Shown here piece by piece: positions 1-13,358 of a stretch of 64,000 nt of DNA (the first letter of the stretch is position 1; each line of letters begins with the position of its first letter). Position numbers and translations under genes: made by a program. The DNA is from an uncultured Acidobacteriota bacterium (lineage in GTDB: Bacteria > Acidobacteriota > Blastocatellia > RBC074). The notes beneath the pieces were generated by a model that saw only the letters and a program-made list of their open reading frames with translations, was not told where the DNA came from and did not search any database. The stretch covers positions 224,001 to 288,000 of the forward strand of contig CAWCKY010000002.1 in the NCBI GenBank assembly GCA_963796275.1, in the 5' to 3' direction.

Positions 1-1317
1 GATCTCCCTCGCACGCGGCGTCAGCTGCGCGGCGAGTTCCCGTAACAACTCCATGCCGCCGGAGGCAAACAGCACACCTACCACAGCCGCAAGCCCCGCC
101 ATAATCAAGATTTCGGTGACCAACTGGCGGAAAAGACGACTGCTGGAGGCGCCGAGCGCCGAACGCAATAGCAACTCCCGTTCGCGTCGGACCAGACGGG
201 ACAGCGTCAGGTTCGCCACGTTTGCGCAGGCGATCAGAAAAACGAAAGTGGCGGAGCCCATCAGTAGCCATAACATCGGGCGCGCCCTGCGCGTGACCTC
301 GTCCTTTAATGGCGAGGAGATGACCTCATAGCCTCTCTCCGCCGGATAGGCTTCGGGATATTCTCGCACGAGATTTCGGGCGATTCCGGCCAGGTCCGCC
401 TGCGCCTGCTCGGGCGTGACGCCGGGTTTCAGCCGCCCGAAAAGTTTCATCATTCGACCTTCTCGATTGCCGACGAATCTCGACGCCGACCGAAAAGGGC
501 AGGCAGCCGTGGTCATAAACACATCGTTCTCATGCGGATACTGCGGCATCGGCGGCAACACCCCGATCACCGTATGCTCGCGGTCGTTCATCCGGAACAC
601 CTTGCCTACGATGTCGGGATCGCTTCCCTTCCTCTGCCAGTACTCGTAGCTCATCAGCAAAACCGCCGGCGCGTTCAATTGCTCGTCCGCGGCTCGAAAA
701 TCCCGGCCGAGCGCAGGCGTCACGCCGAACATGCCGAAGAAACCGGCGGAAACCACGCCCGTACGCACGCGCTCAGTATCGCCCTGGCCGAGGAGGGTAA
801 AAAGCATGGTGTGGTATTCGGCGAATTCCTCAAAAGTACTATTCTGCCGGCGGTAGTCATTGATCTCCGGAACTGAAAAATGCATCTCGGAGATCGTCGC
901 TTTCGGAGCGACCTGGTGGATATGCAGCAAAGCCTCCCCATGCGCGTATGGTAGAGGGCGCGCCAGGACGGCGTTAAGAACGCTGAAGACCGCGGTGTTC
1001 GCCCCGATTCCGAGCGCGAGAATGACCACTGCGATCGCTACGTAGCCGGGCTCTTTTGCCATGCGGCGGAGCGCGTAGCGCACATCCTGCCGAAGAATCG
1101 CAAGATGTTCTCGCGGGGCCGTCCGGAAAATACCCAAAATGGTCTCCGACCAGAGGACAAGCAGACCGGCCCCGCCGGCCCTACTTGAGGCTTCGGTCCG
1201 TTGATCCCGGAACACCTCTTCCATTTCGCCCCCGAAGTCGCCCCGGAAATCGAAGGGCAACATTCGCAGCAGCAGCCGATAGGCGCGTCCGGAGAAAGAT
1301 TTATCATATGAACTCAT
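1..1317 (-). CDS. ABC-type permease, acidobacterial duplicated orphan permease (ADOP/MacB-FtsX) family; 3' end runs off the window start
   Basis: Not in the ORF track (no stop in window). Manual translation from ATG 1317: MSSYDKSFSGRAYRLLLRMLPFDFRGDFG...QDVRYALRRMAKEPGY...LALGIGANTAVFSVLNAVL...FLIACANVANL; lies directly downstream of a PadR gene. Confidence 0.88.
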   Translation of the reverse strand, partial: MSSYDKSFSGRAYRLLLRMLPFDFRGDFGGEMEEVFRDQRTEASSRAGGAGLLVLWSETILGIFRTAPREHLAILRQDVRYALRRMAKEPGYVAIAVVILALGIGANTAVFSVLNAVLARPLPYAHGEALLHIHQVAPKATISEMHFSVPEINDYRRQNSTFEEFAEYHTMLFTLLGQGDTERVRTGVVSAGFFGMFGVTPALGRDFRAADEQLNAPAVLLMSYEYWQRKGSDPDIVGKVFRMNDREHTVIGVLPPMPQYPHENDVFMTTAACPFRSASRFVGNREGRMMKLFGRLKPGVTPEQAQADLAGIARNLVREYPEAYPAERGYEVISSPLKDEVTRRARPMLWLLMGSATFVFLIACANVANLTLSRLVRRERELLLRSALGASSSRLFRQLVTEILIMAGLAAVVGVLFASGGMELLRELAAQLTPRAREI

Positions 1318-1327
1318 CAGGGGATCC

Positions 1328-1699
1328 TTATGCGAGCCGGGTCTTCCTCACCAGCTTCCTGTCATGAGCGCGGGCGACCAATCTTTCCATTCGCTCCACT
1401 TCTGCCGTCGCGACCGCGCGGCCCTTCGGGGTGAGCCGGTAATAACGCCGCCGCTGATCGTCCTCCTCCGCCCGCGGCCGATTTCTGGATTCCACGATCA
1501 GCCCCTCAGCGAGCAAGCGCTTGATGATCGCGTAGAGAGTGCCCGTATTTAGCTGAACCTCTCCGCCGCTGTGCTCCTCGACATCCTTAAGGATCGCGTA
1601 CCCGTGCTTGTCGCCGACCGCCAGAGACAGGAGCACTTGAAACACCGGCGGTGTGAGCGGCTGTCGGTATGCTGCGGTCGGTTCTGGTGATTTCATCAT
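1328..1699 (-). CDS. PadR-family transcriptional regulator
   Basis: HGYAILKDVEE...GTLYAIIKRL...RRRYYRLTPKGR winged-helix motifs; PadR-ADOP pairing. Confidence 0.92.
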   Translation of the reverse strand: MMKSPEPTAAYRQPLTPPVFQVLLSLAVGDKHGYAILKDVEEHSGGEVQLNTGTLYAIIKRLLAEGLIVESRNRPRAEEDDQRRRYYRLTPKGRAVATAEVERMERLVARAHDRKLVRKTRLA

Positions 1700-1756
1700 C
1701 TGGCTCTCCCATATGGTTTTACTTAAAGCGAGCGGCTCGTTCCAACCGCCCGACCA

Positions 1757-1800
1757 ACTATATCAATAGCAACTATAGTGTGCTATTGAATACCTGTCAA
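1757..1800 (-). promoter_or_regulatory. sigma70-type promoter of padR overlapping a palindrome (candidate PadR operator)
   Basis: Minus strand TTGACA(1800-1795)-N17-TATAGT(1777-1772); palindrome ACTATA-N11-TATAGT at 1757-1779. Confidence 0.55.
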
Positions 1801-2085
1801 GCTATATAGAAGAACAATAGAGTATTGACAACTATAATACACAAAACTATATATTTTGCAGTATGACCGCCAAGGAGGTGAAGATTACCAGGTAGATGGC
1901 GGACGCTTGCGATATCCGGAGGATCGAATACTATAAATATTGAAGATGCGAGAGCCGTATGCAAGTTATCCTCTAATGCTCGTTCACCGTAGATATAGAG
2001 GATTACACTAACGCCTCGGCAATCCTCTTCTTCGGAGTAATCGGGCGCCCCCGGCACTTGCCACAAATTTTCCTCAGGAGCGAAT

Positions 2086-3516
2086 ATGTATAGAATTATC
2101 TTCACAGCATTTGTTCTGATACTGCTTGCCTGTTTGCCGATTCGAACATCAGCTCAATCTCAAGCTCAGACCGGAGCGGCGGGGAAATTGTCGACGGTTT
2201 CCGGCCGTGCGACCTCAAATGGCGTGGCATTCTCTGATTCAACGGTTTATCTGCGACCGGTGCAGCCTTCGAATTCTCAATCTCCGGATGCGGTTCACAA
2301 CGTGTCTCTGAACGGAAGTATCAATATCAAAATCACGGGTGCATCTGCGCCTCTCAAAGAGAGAATCGATGAGAACGGAAATTTCAAAATCACCGGCATA
2401 CCCGCAGGGCGATATCGGATATTCGCATTGCCGGCCACACTGTTCGGAGTAGAGGCTTATGACGATTTCGGAACTCCTCTCAGTATCGGAGAAGGGGAAA
2501 ATATCGAGAACCTGGAGCTCGAGATCAAACGTGGAGGCGTGATCTCCGGACGACTGACCGTTTCGAATCGTCCGGTCGTCGAAGAACAGGTTAACCTGTT
2601 TAAGCTCGATAAGAGCAACAACTCGGTTCCTATACGACCGGCCATGACTATGGGCAGAACGGACGATCGCGGCCACTATCGAATATATGGGTTGCCGGAC
2701 GGGCGTTACCTGGTCTGTGTAGGATCCGCGCCTTCTCACGGAAGGGTATTAACGGGATTTTGGAGCAACGGTCTCACGAGGACCTGCTACCCTGGTGTAA
2801 CCGATCAGAATGAGGCGAAAGTGGTCGAGGTGGTCGATGGTTCGGAAAACCTCGATATAGACATCGAAATGGGTGAACCGAAGAATGTCTATAACATTTC
2901 GGGACGCGTAGTATTTGCCGAAAACGGACAACCGGCGAGCGGAGTCGAGATCGCCCACAGCCCGATGGCGGAGGACGGGCGAGGTCTGAACAGTCTGAGA
3001 TCGGGCGCCGTCAGATCGAATGCAAAGGGTGAGTTCACAATTGCGGACGTGTTACCCGGTAAACACGGAATCTTCGCAAAACCGGATCAACAGATCGGGG
3101 TGTTCAGCGAAATCGAGGTCTGTGAAGTCAGCGATAGTGATGTCTCCGGGCTCGAAGTGAAGGTGCGTCCGGGCAGTATGATCACCGGTCAGCTGGTGAT
3201 CGAGGGAACGAACGACCCGGCTGTGCTGTCGAACCTGACTCAGATTCGACTCTCGTTCTTCACTAGATCGGGCGCTATCAGCGCTTCCACCAGACAACAG
3301 GTCATGGTGAACCCCGAAGGGGCATTTCGCGTCTACGCTCTGGTACCGGGCAGGGTAGAGATCGGATTGGTGACTGGATTGCGAGGATTTTCCGTCCGGC
3401 GCATCGAGCGGGACGGAGCACATATATTCCCGCAGGATGGATTGCAACTCGCCCCGAGTGAAAACATTTCAAACCTGCGAGTTATCGTCGGCTATAACCA
3501 GGGGGAGGTGAATTAA
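2086..3516 (+). CDS. Secreted protein with multiple carboxypeptidase-regulatory-like beta-sandwich domains
   Basis: N-terminal signal peptide; repeated ISGRV...TDDRGHYRIYGLPDGRYLV motifs. Confidence 0.8.
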   Translation: MYRIIFTAFVLILLACLPIRTSAQSQAQTGAAGKLSTVSGRATSNGVAFSDSTVYLRPVQPSNSQSPDAVHNVSLNGSINIKITGASAPLKERIDENGNFKITGIPAGRYRIFALPATLFGVEAYDDFGTPLSIGEGENIENLELEIKRGGVISGRLTVSNRPVVEEQVNLFKLDKSNNSVPIRPAMTMGRTDDRGHYRIYGLPDGRYLVCVGSAPSHGRVLTGFWSNGLTRTCYPGVTDQNEAKVVEVVDGSENLDIDIEMGEPKNVYNISGRVVFAENGQPASGVEIAHSPMAEDGRGLNSLRSGAVRSNAKGEFTIADVLPGKHGIFAKPDQQIGVFSEIEVCEVSDSDVSGLEVKVRPGSMITGQLVIEGTNDPAVLSNLTQIRLSFFTRSGAISASTRQQVMVNPEGAFRVYALVPGRVEIGLVTGLRGFSVRRIERDGAHIFPQDGLQLAPSENISNLRVIVGYNQGEVN

Positions 3517-5229
3517 TGAGAGATCATTATCTACTCGCCGCGGGGTTGCTTATCCTTCTCTTCGCAGCACCGGCCACTGCCGCCGCCCGGCAAACAGGGC
3601 AAAAGGCAAACAGGGCAAACGGGGCAAACAGGTGTAATCACCGGTCGCGTTGTAGCTGATGATGGGAGCGGCGTAGCACGCGCGAGGGTGAATATATCCC
3701 CGGTTCGCTCCGGGACGATTGTGCGAATTCCCGATGTCACCGAAGTGACGACCGATGTGGATGGTAATTTTCGTTTCACAGATCTGGACCCGGGGGTTTA
3801 CCAGTTCAACCTGAAACAAACAAGGGAGTATGTTTTAGCCTCCGAATCCGAGCGGACGTATTATCGGCTCGGCGATCACGTCACGATCGCTCTGATCAGA
3901 GGGGGTGTCATCACGGGCAAGGTTACGACGCCGGGAGGCGAGCCGGTGGCCGGCGCTTTCGTGGGTTCAAGCCTGGTGCGCGACGCCGGCGGCAAATCGG
4001 TCCAGCAAAGAGTCGAGCGTCTCTTTTTCACGGACGATCGCGGAATATATCGCATTTTCGGACTGCCGCCCGGGGGTTACGTCGTTTCCACGCCCATGGC
4101 CGGTACATTTGGTAAATCGACTTCGGGGAGGGCGATTCGGATATACCATCCATCGTCCACGGCGGAGACCGCTGCTGAAGTAACGGTCGTGAGCGGCGTC
4201 GAGGCAAGCGGGATCGATATCCAGCTTCGCCGTGACAGCGTCTATGCGATCAGCGGGACGGTGGTTGGCGGCGATCCATCTCCCTATACGAACGTGTTGC
4301 TAACCCACATCGCAACCGGTATGGAGACATTCGGCAGCGCTCGCCGCGCAGCTAACGGCAAAAACGTATTTGCAATCGATGGCGTGCAGGACGGCGAGTA
4401 TGAGATCGTCGCGCGGGTCAGCGGGTATGGAAATAAGGTCGATTTCGCCTCATCGCCGAGGCGGATAACGGTCAAGGGCGCGAATGTCGCCGGCATCGAA
4501 CTGAGACTCGCGGCGATGGGGTCTATCTCCGGTAACATCGTTATCGATCCGTCGCCCGGCGTCTGCCAGAACAAAACCGAGTCCAGCAAAGAAGAGGTGC
4601 TGCTGTTTTTCCGCCGCAAAGATAAATCGTCCATGCCCCTGCCGTCACAGGCTTCTATGAGATATTCCGGTGTGGATGAAGGCGGCGAATTCACGCTCGC
4701 GCCGCTCGAGGCGGGAACCTACCAGATCGTTCCGCAAATACCTGATGAAAACTGGTATCTCAGATCGATTACACTCGAGCCGGCGGCTCAGGCGTCCAGG
4801 CGCGCCACCAATAATCTGTCTTCGGGAATCGCCCTTAAGCCGGGAAACAAATTGAATGGAGTTACCTTGGCCATCGCCGAGGGCGCAGCCGGTTTAAAGG
4901 GAAAGATCGTGGCCGATCAGGGATCATTGCCTCAGTACCTTCGGGTTCATCTGGTTCCGAGTGAGATATCCGCGGCCAACGATCAATTGCGTTACGCCGA
5001 GACCGCGGCGAGCGACGATCGAACTTTCGCATTCAAAAACCTGGCTCCGGGAAAGTATTGGTTGCTGGCGCGCGCGGTCCCCGACCCTGATTCCGCCGAT
5101 CACCCGGCCCTGCCTGTGGCATGGGATGACGCGGAGCGCGCGAAGCTGAGAAAAGAGGCGGAAGCAAAGAAGAACGAAGTCGAGTTGAAACCTTGTCAGC
5201 GGGTTGCCAACCGGGAATTGGTTTTCTAG
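3516..5229 (+). pseudogene. Second carboxypeptidase-regulatory-like domain protein, frameshifted just after its signal peptide
   Basis: ATG 3516 overlaps the upstream TAA and follows GGAGG; MRDHYLLAAGLLILLFAAPATAAARQTGQK is out of frame with the 3688..5229 ORF (TDDRGIYRIFGLPPGGY); the shift lies in the QTG repeat at 3600-3606. Confidence 0.72.
3591..3633 (+). repeat. 9-bp tandem repeat (CAAACAGGG, encoding QTG) x5 with one 7-bp defective unit
   Basis: caaacaggg caaaagg caaacaggg caaacgggg caaacaggt. Confidence 0.85.
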
Positions 5230-5493
5230 ATCATTCAATCTGAGTATCCGCCTCGAGTTCGTCCCATATCCGATGATGATTCGGCTCCCTGAGCAGGAGC
5301 TAACCGACGATGAACGTGGTGCCAGCGACGGCCATCGGATAAACGAGTCCGGCGACGGATCAACTCGCGGTTTATCGAACGCCGCCGTTCGATCGTGCTC
5401 AGGTCGCCAAAGAATCTGACAGCCCTTTCGCAACCTGAGCCGATCCTCACAGTGAGACGCGTTTCATGCATTGAAGCGCGTTATGCTCCCTAC

Positions 5494-7722
<2,229 letters not shown>

Positions 7723-8089
7723 TTATTTCTCCTTGATCGAACGGAAGGGCAGTTCAATTTTAAGTGTAATGGGCGACGCCAGTATCTTGCTCATAGCCGG
7801 TCCTTTAGCAAGGATTAAAGCGTAATTACCGACGAGATTGACGCCACAAAATAGTGAAGTAGAGGCGGCTCATCTATTCGACGATCTTCTGTCTTTGCAA
7901 CGCCGGATCGGGGCCGGCGCAATCGGGTTTTCCTTATAATAAAGGTCTGAACTTTCCAGTGTCCAAAGGAAATAACACTCTAATAGAGGTTTTATTCCAA
8001 TCATGGGGAAAAAAATTATTTAGCCGGGAATAATCCACGATCTCCGTTGTTATTCTTTTCTTGAATCAAAGACAAAGGTTCCTCGCCTT

Positions 8090-8352
8090 TTGGCCGGCTG
8101 TTGCCGGACACAGCAGATTGTGACGATGCTGCCGTGTTCGGCCGGCAGGGTGATGTCGCGACTGAGACGCACCTGCAGGCAGCTGGACTACTAATTGCAC
8201 GACCGCGAATTGTCGGATTTCAAGCAGCATCTGGAGAGCTGCAACGAATGCCGATCGCTCGACCAGGAGCGCTGCATCATCGAAAGCGTGCGCGCCGCTC
8301 GGCCGATGCACGTGGCTATCCCTGAACTGCGGTGCACTCATCGCGCACATAG
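8090..8352 (+). pseudogene. Degenerate ECF sigma C-terminus / zf-HC2 anti-sigma remnant
   Basis: Fragments IVTMLPCSAGRVMSRLRR and LHDRELSDFKQHLESCNECR (HxxxCxxC) with stops and frameshifts. Confidence 0.35.
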
Positions 8353-8402
8353 TTGACAAATTTGACGGATTAGTTTTGGAACCCGCCTCTGAGACCTAAT
8401 GC

Positions 8403-10265
8403 TGTCGATGAGACGAAAAGTTACGCCGTCTTGATTAACTCTGGACCTAAATACACTCTCAACTGTTGGGCAGTCGATAGTTTCTTCTCTGATCTTTGAC
8501 AACTCCTGGTAGCTGAATCTATTGGCTCACGAATCCACAATGGGTCAAACAGCGTCATCTGTTTTGACTGGAATGGGTGAGCGTGGTGGACTGGCTGCGA
8601 GATCGCGGTCGGGCGGGTAGACCTCTCTCCCCATTTGCACTGGTACTCAGTCAGAATCTGGGATTGATATTCGGCACATAGTTTCCCATTCCCAAAAGAG
8701 AGCTGAAGGGGAGTGCGGGGTAACCCGTCCTCGATATAAATTCTCCAGCGTCCAATTCGGACGAAGCCGCGAGTGTCAGTCAGACGCTGACAGTAACGTT
8801 CTGTGAAAGCCCGCTCCAGATCGGCCGATTCAACTTGTTTGCCTCTGGCATCACCGAGAACAGCTAACGGCGAGTTCTTCCCGTCATTGCGACGACGATG
8901 CGCCCAATGCGGCAAGCGGTTGTAGTCGCGGATGAGCTCGCGATGAAATTCCTGAGCAGCTTCAATTGTCTTACACCTCTCCCAGCGATATTCGTCAAGT
9001 CGGCTTCGATCCCGAAATAACTCTCGATCAGATTTTGCCAGGGTCGGCCTTTGGGATACATTTCATGATGGATGCCGAGACGCTCATTGACACGGATCCA
9101 ATCGTGATCATTAAACTGGCCACCGTGATCGGAAATCGTCTCTTCCCAAAGTCCCCAACGCAGCAAAGCCTGAAAGTAGATGTGTAAAAGCACACCGGCA
9201 TTCTGATCCGTTGTCAGAGAACCGGCGAGGATAACTCGGGAGAAGCCTTCCAACAGCGTGCAGGAATACAATTGAACTCCTCCGGGTTTTGCATCGAGGT
9301 AGCGGAAGTCCACGAAAATTCGTTCAAAGGGAGAGCGACTTTTCTTCGGCCCTTCGCGTGGATCATGCTCTTCAATTACGGTGACGGGGCGCTGCGGAGC
9401 CAGGTGGACGCGTCGATTGAGCGCCATGATCTTTCTGACCGTAGTCTCGCCGAAATAAATTCCGTAGTCCTTTCCAAAAGACCTTTGATCCGCCATGCGC
9501 CGGCATAGCCGTATTTCTTCAGCAGTTTGAGCACGGCATGCATTGCGTTGAAGTCATATCTGCGCGAAGTCTGATGCCGCGCCCGTGAAAGGTCGAGCAG
9601 TCAGAGTTGCCTGTCGTCCGGTTGCGACTCGGCCTGGCGCGCGCGGCGCAGCCATTTCACGACGGTCTTGCGTGAGCACGCAGTAATTGCGCAATCCGTT
9701 TCTCCGTCCATCCCTGCTGCCGAAGCTTGACCATCTCCTCGCGCAACTTCTCCGGGTCCCCGGCGCTTGATACTGAATGAGGCGCTGAAAGTCCGGGTAG
9801 CGCCAGAGAGGATAACGTTCCAGCAATGCCTTGACCGTTTTGTTATGGACGCGGTGATCAGTGGTCGCGCTCAAGACTCGCGCCAGTTCCCGGTCGGAGG
9901 CCCGTGGCGCACAAGTCTTGTAAAAAAGCAGCGCCACAATGACATGTTCCGGGGTTTGTGGCTCGCGTGGATAGTCAGTTGCCGGAACAGTCCTGGCAGG
10001 CCATGTTCCCGAAACTGCCGCAGCCAACGGCAGATTGTGTTGTAAGAGAGCCCGAGCGCGTCCGCCTGTTCCTCCGCTGATCGCTTCCCGGCCAAGCAAG
10101 GAGCAATCGAATGGTATCGTTTTTGAGTTTCGCAGGTGATGGGCACTTCATCAAAACGTAATGCGAGCTGAACAGACATCGAGTAGACCTCCTCAAGACG
10201 ATGAAGGGCACTCAATTCCATACGCAACGGAAATCTTCATCCGATTGTCGGCGCTCATTCCTACA
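8403..10265 (-). mobile_element. Frameshifted IS481-like DDE transposase element (HTH + rve core + C-terminal domain)
   Basis: Overlapping pieces 9871..10227, 9554..10099, 8864..9496 and 8421..8915 give an HTH (LGLSYNTICRWLRQFREHG) and DDE core (VDFRY, SDHGGQF, LIESYF); candidate ends TGT(8403)...ACA(10265) are only weakly complementary. Confidence 0.75.
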
Positions 10266-10278
10266 AGTCTTTCCGAAT

Positions 10279-12945
10279 TCATTCGTTGCGGATAGCCTGT
10301 AGCGGATCAACCATCGTCGCGCGCCGCGCTGGAACATAACTCGAAATCAAGGCGACGCCGACCAGTAGCAAGGCGATCAGCGCGAAGGTCGCCGGATCGG
10401 TCGCGCTCACGTTGAAGAGCAGATTCCTCATGACTCGCGACAGGGCGAGCGCCGCTGCCACCCCTAACGTCACGCCAGCCAGCGTCAAGCGCATTCCCCG
10501 CCAGATCACCATTCGTAACACATCGCCGGCTTGTCCGCCCAGGGCTATCCGAATACCGATCTCCTGCGTGCGCTGGCTGACTGCGTAGGAGATGACGCCG
10601 TAAATTCCAACCGATGCGATGACGAGCGCAAGGACTGCGAAGACACCGAGCAGAATCATCTGGAAGCGCCGTTGCGCGATCGAATCCGACAGATGCTCAT
10701 TCATCGTGACGACCTGACTGATCGGCTCATTCGGCTCGATTGCTTGCGCCTGCTTGCGTATGGCCGCGGCAAGGTTGGAAGAACTGGCCAAGCTGGTTGA
10801 ATTGTTTTGACCGGAGGCTGCTCGCACGACCAGGCGCAAGCTCATCATTTCAGCAGGTCGTTGCACATACGGTAAGTAGACCTCAGGACGAATATTCTGA
10901 TCTAACCCGAGATGATGAGTGTCACCCACCACTCCAACAATCGTTGCTTGGTTTGGCGCCGAAAACAACCGGCGGCCTATTGGATTTTCATTGGGGAAGA
11001 AGCGCCGGGCGAATGTTTCGTTGATGATCACGACTTTGGGCGCCTCGGCCCCATCCTGTGCGGAGAATGGTCGTCCGTCGCGCATCGGTATGCCCATCGT
11101 CCGAAAATATTCGGGACTGATGTGATTTCCTTCAACAATCGGCTCCGTTCCCCCCTCAAACGGCGGACGCCCTTCGATCTGAAGGATTATGCGGACAGTC
11201 GGTCCGGTAAACGGAAGGAAACTGGTCAGGCAGGCGGACTCCACGCCGGGCAACGCCTGGACACGTGCGAGAGCTTCCTGGTAGTAAGCGAGGCGCTGCG
11301 GCGATCCCTGCGGGTATTTGTCGTAGCTGGGCCTGAGTAAAAGCGCCAATAGGCCATCAGGATTGAAGCCTTTTGGAACATCCAGCAAGCGTATGAAGCT
11401 TTTGGTCATCAGCCCCGCGCCAACAAGCAAAACCAGCGCCATGGCAAGTTCGGCGATCATCAAGGCAGGTAGCGCACGCCGCATACCGTCTTGCCCCAAC
11501 CGCGCGGCAGATTGCGCTTTGAGGGTTTCATTTACATCGGTCTTCGACGCATGCAGCGCGGGAAAGAGACCAGCTATCAGGCCGGTCAACACTGCGACCG
11601 CGCAAGTGAAGCAAAACACACGGCCATCCACACCGCTCTCATTGATTCGGGTGATTCCTGAGGGACTCATCGCCACTAACAGTTTGACGCCCCATTTTGC
11701 CGCGAGCAGTCCTGCGACGCCGCCTGCGGTCGAGAGTAGCAGGCTCTCGGTCAGTAACTGTTGAGCGAGCCGCAGCCGCCCGGCGCCAACCGCCGCGCGG
11801 ATCGCCATCTCCTTTTGTCTGGCCGTCGACCGCGCCAGCAGCAGGTTCGCCACGTTGGCGCAGGCGATGAGCAGAACAAAGGCGACCGCTCCGAACATCA
11901 CCAGCAAGGGTCTTCGTACATCGCCAATGAACTTCTCGCTCAGCTTGACTACCCTGACGTCTTGTACCAACGAATAGGGGCGAGGAGAGTCATGCCGTTG
12001 CCGATCGAGGATAACGGACATCTCCGCTTTGGCGCCTTCCGGCATTACACCCGGCTTGAGACGCGCGATCACATTCAATCTGCCCATGGATGGCTGCTGG
12101 CTTAACTGCCGATTGAGAATGGGCATGAGCGGCGCCCAGAGGTCAGACTCTCCCGGAAATCTGAATCCAGGCGGCATAATTCCTATAACCGTCAGGCTTT
12201 GACCTCTTAGCGTGATCGCCTTGCCAATCACCTGTGGATCACCGCCGAAACGGCGCCTCCACAAGCCGTCGCTCAGAATTACAACCGGCGCGGCGCCATC
12301 CGTGTCATCCTGGGGCGTGAAGTCGCGACCGAGCGCAGGCGCGACGCCGAGCGTCGCAAATAGTCCGGCGGAGACAGTCCCTGCAGTCAGTCGCTCCGGC
12401 TCTCCATTTCCTGTGAGGTCGGCGTCATCGGTTCTGTAGGCGGCGATCTGTTCAAAGGCTTTCGCCTGATCACGCCACGCCTTAAAATCCGCGATCCGGG
12501 CGTAATCGCCTCCAATCCCTCGATAATAGCTGGCCGCCACGAGACGATCAGGGTCCCGGTAAGGAAGTGACCGCAGCAATACGGCATTCACGACGCTGAA
12601 GATCGCGGTATTCGCGCCTATGCCCAATGCCAACGTCAGAACCGCAACGACTGTGAAGCCGGGATTTCTCTTCAGCATCCGCAGGCCGTACTTCAAATCC
12701 TGAACGATCGTCTCGATAAGTCTAAATCCACGCATGTCGCGACTGGTCTCCTTGAGTAGTGTGACGTTTCCGAACTGGCGGCGGGCAGCCCAAGCAGCAT
12801 CGGCCCCGGTCATCCCCTGGCGAACATATCGCTCGGTGAGCAAGCGCAGATGCGTCTCGATCTCGTTGTCCAGATCCTGATCCGCTCTGCGATCTCCTAA
12901 TAACCCACGAAGTCTTGCCACCAAGGCGCGCAAATGGTCGGTCAT
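10279..12945 (-). CDS. ADOP-family ABC permease (duplicated MacB_PCD/FtsX)
   Basis: Start moved to MTDHLRALVARL (GGAG RBS); QDLKYGLRML, LALGIGANTAIFSVVNAVLL, LLIACANVANLLL, EIGIRIALG, VPARRATMVDP. Confidence 0.93.
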   Translation of the reverse strand: MTDHLRALVARLRGLLGDRRADQDLDNEIETHLRLLTERYVRQGMTGADAAWAARRQFGNVTLLKETSRDMRGFRLIETIVQDLKYGLRMLKRNPGFTVVAVLTLALGIGANTAIFSVVNAVLLRSLPYRDPDRLVAASYYRGIGGDYARIADFKAWRDQAKAFEQIAAYRTDDADLTGNGEPERLTAGTVSAGLFATLGVAPALGRDFTPQDDTDGAAPVVILSDGLWRRRFGGDPQVIGKAITLRGQSLTVIGIMPPGFRFPGESDLWAPLMPILNRQLSQQPSMGRLNVIARLKPGVMPEGAKAEMSVILDRQRHDSPRPYSLVQDVRVVKLSEKFIGDVRRPLLVMFGAVAFVLLIACANVANLLLARSTARQKEMAIRAAVGAGRLRLAQQLLTESLLLSTAGGVAGLLAAKWGVKLLVAMSPSGITRINESGVDGRVFCFTCAVAVLTGLIAGLFPALHASKTDVNETLKAQSAARLGQDGMRRALPALMIAELAMALVLLVGAGLMTKSFIRLLDVPKGFNPDGLLALLLRPSYDKYPQGSPQRLAYYQEALARVQALPGVESACLTSFLPFTGPTVRIILQIEGRPPFEGGTEPIVEGNHISPEYFRTMGIPMRDGRPFSAQDGAEAPKVVIINETFARRFFPNENPIGRRLFSAPNQATIVGVVGDTHHLGLDQNIRPEVYLPYVQRPAEMMSLRLVVRAASGQNNSTSLASSSNLAAAIRKQAQAIEPNEPISQVVTMNEHLSDSIAQRRFQMILLGVFAVLALVIASVGIYGVISYAVSQRTQEIGIRIALGGQAGDVLRMVIWRGMRLTLAGVTLGVAAALALSRVMRNLLFNVSATDPATFALIALLLVGVALISSYVPARRATMVDPLQAIRNE

Positions 12946-12953
12946 CTCTGCTC

Positions 12954-13358
12954 CTAGCCTTCCAACTTCAACAGGCGTCCGATCACGCCGGCGATCCGCT
13001 CCCAATTCTCCGTCTCGCGCGCGAGCTGTCCTCGGCCGCTCTTTGTGATCGAATAGTTTTTCGCCTTGCGATTGTTTTCCGACGCTCCCCACTCTGAAGC
13101 GATCCATTTCCGCTGCTGTAGCCGCAGGAGCGAGGTGTAGACAGTTCCCTCATTCAGTTGCAGAACCTGATGGCTCACTTGCTCGATCCGGCGGGCGTTG
13201 CCATAGCCGTGCTGCGGCCCGAGCGCATCGAGAACCTTCAGGAACATCAGGTCGAGCGTCCCCTGGAGGACTTCAGATTTTGCGCTTCTGTTTCTGTTCT
13301 TTGGGCATGACAAAGAAGATATCTCTCTTCCACTGGAATGTCCATAGGTAAGCGGCAA
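12954..13358 (-). CDS. Acidobacterial PadR-family regulator (start uncertain)
   Basis: SEVLQGTLDLMFLKVL...HGYG...SEWGASENNRKAK; a plausible ATG at 13308 is out of frame. Confidence 0.87.
   Translation of the reverse strand: MPLTYGHSSGREISSLSCPKNRNRSAKSEVLQGTLDLMFLKVLDALGPQHGYGNARRIEQVSHQVLQLNEGTVYTSLLRLQQRKWIASEWGASENNRKAKNYSITKSGRGQLARETENWERIAGVIGRLLKLEG

Noticed and set aside
1038-1307. Cys-rich 89-aa ORF as a possible peptide precursor
   Set aside because: Alternative frame of the ADOP permease 5' end
7930-8025. Possible OxyR box upstream of katG
   Set aside because: AT-rich, but the ATAG-N7-CTAT phasing is not met
12946-13107. N-terminal extension of the 942-aa permease ORF
   Set aside because: Overlaps padR in another frame; the RBS and family-typical start are at 12945
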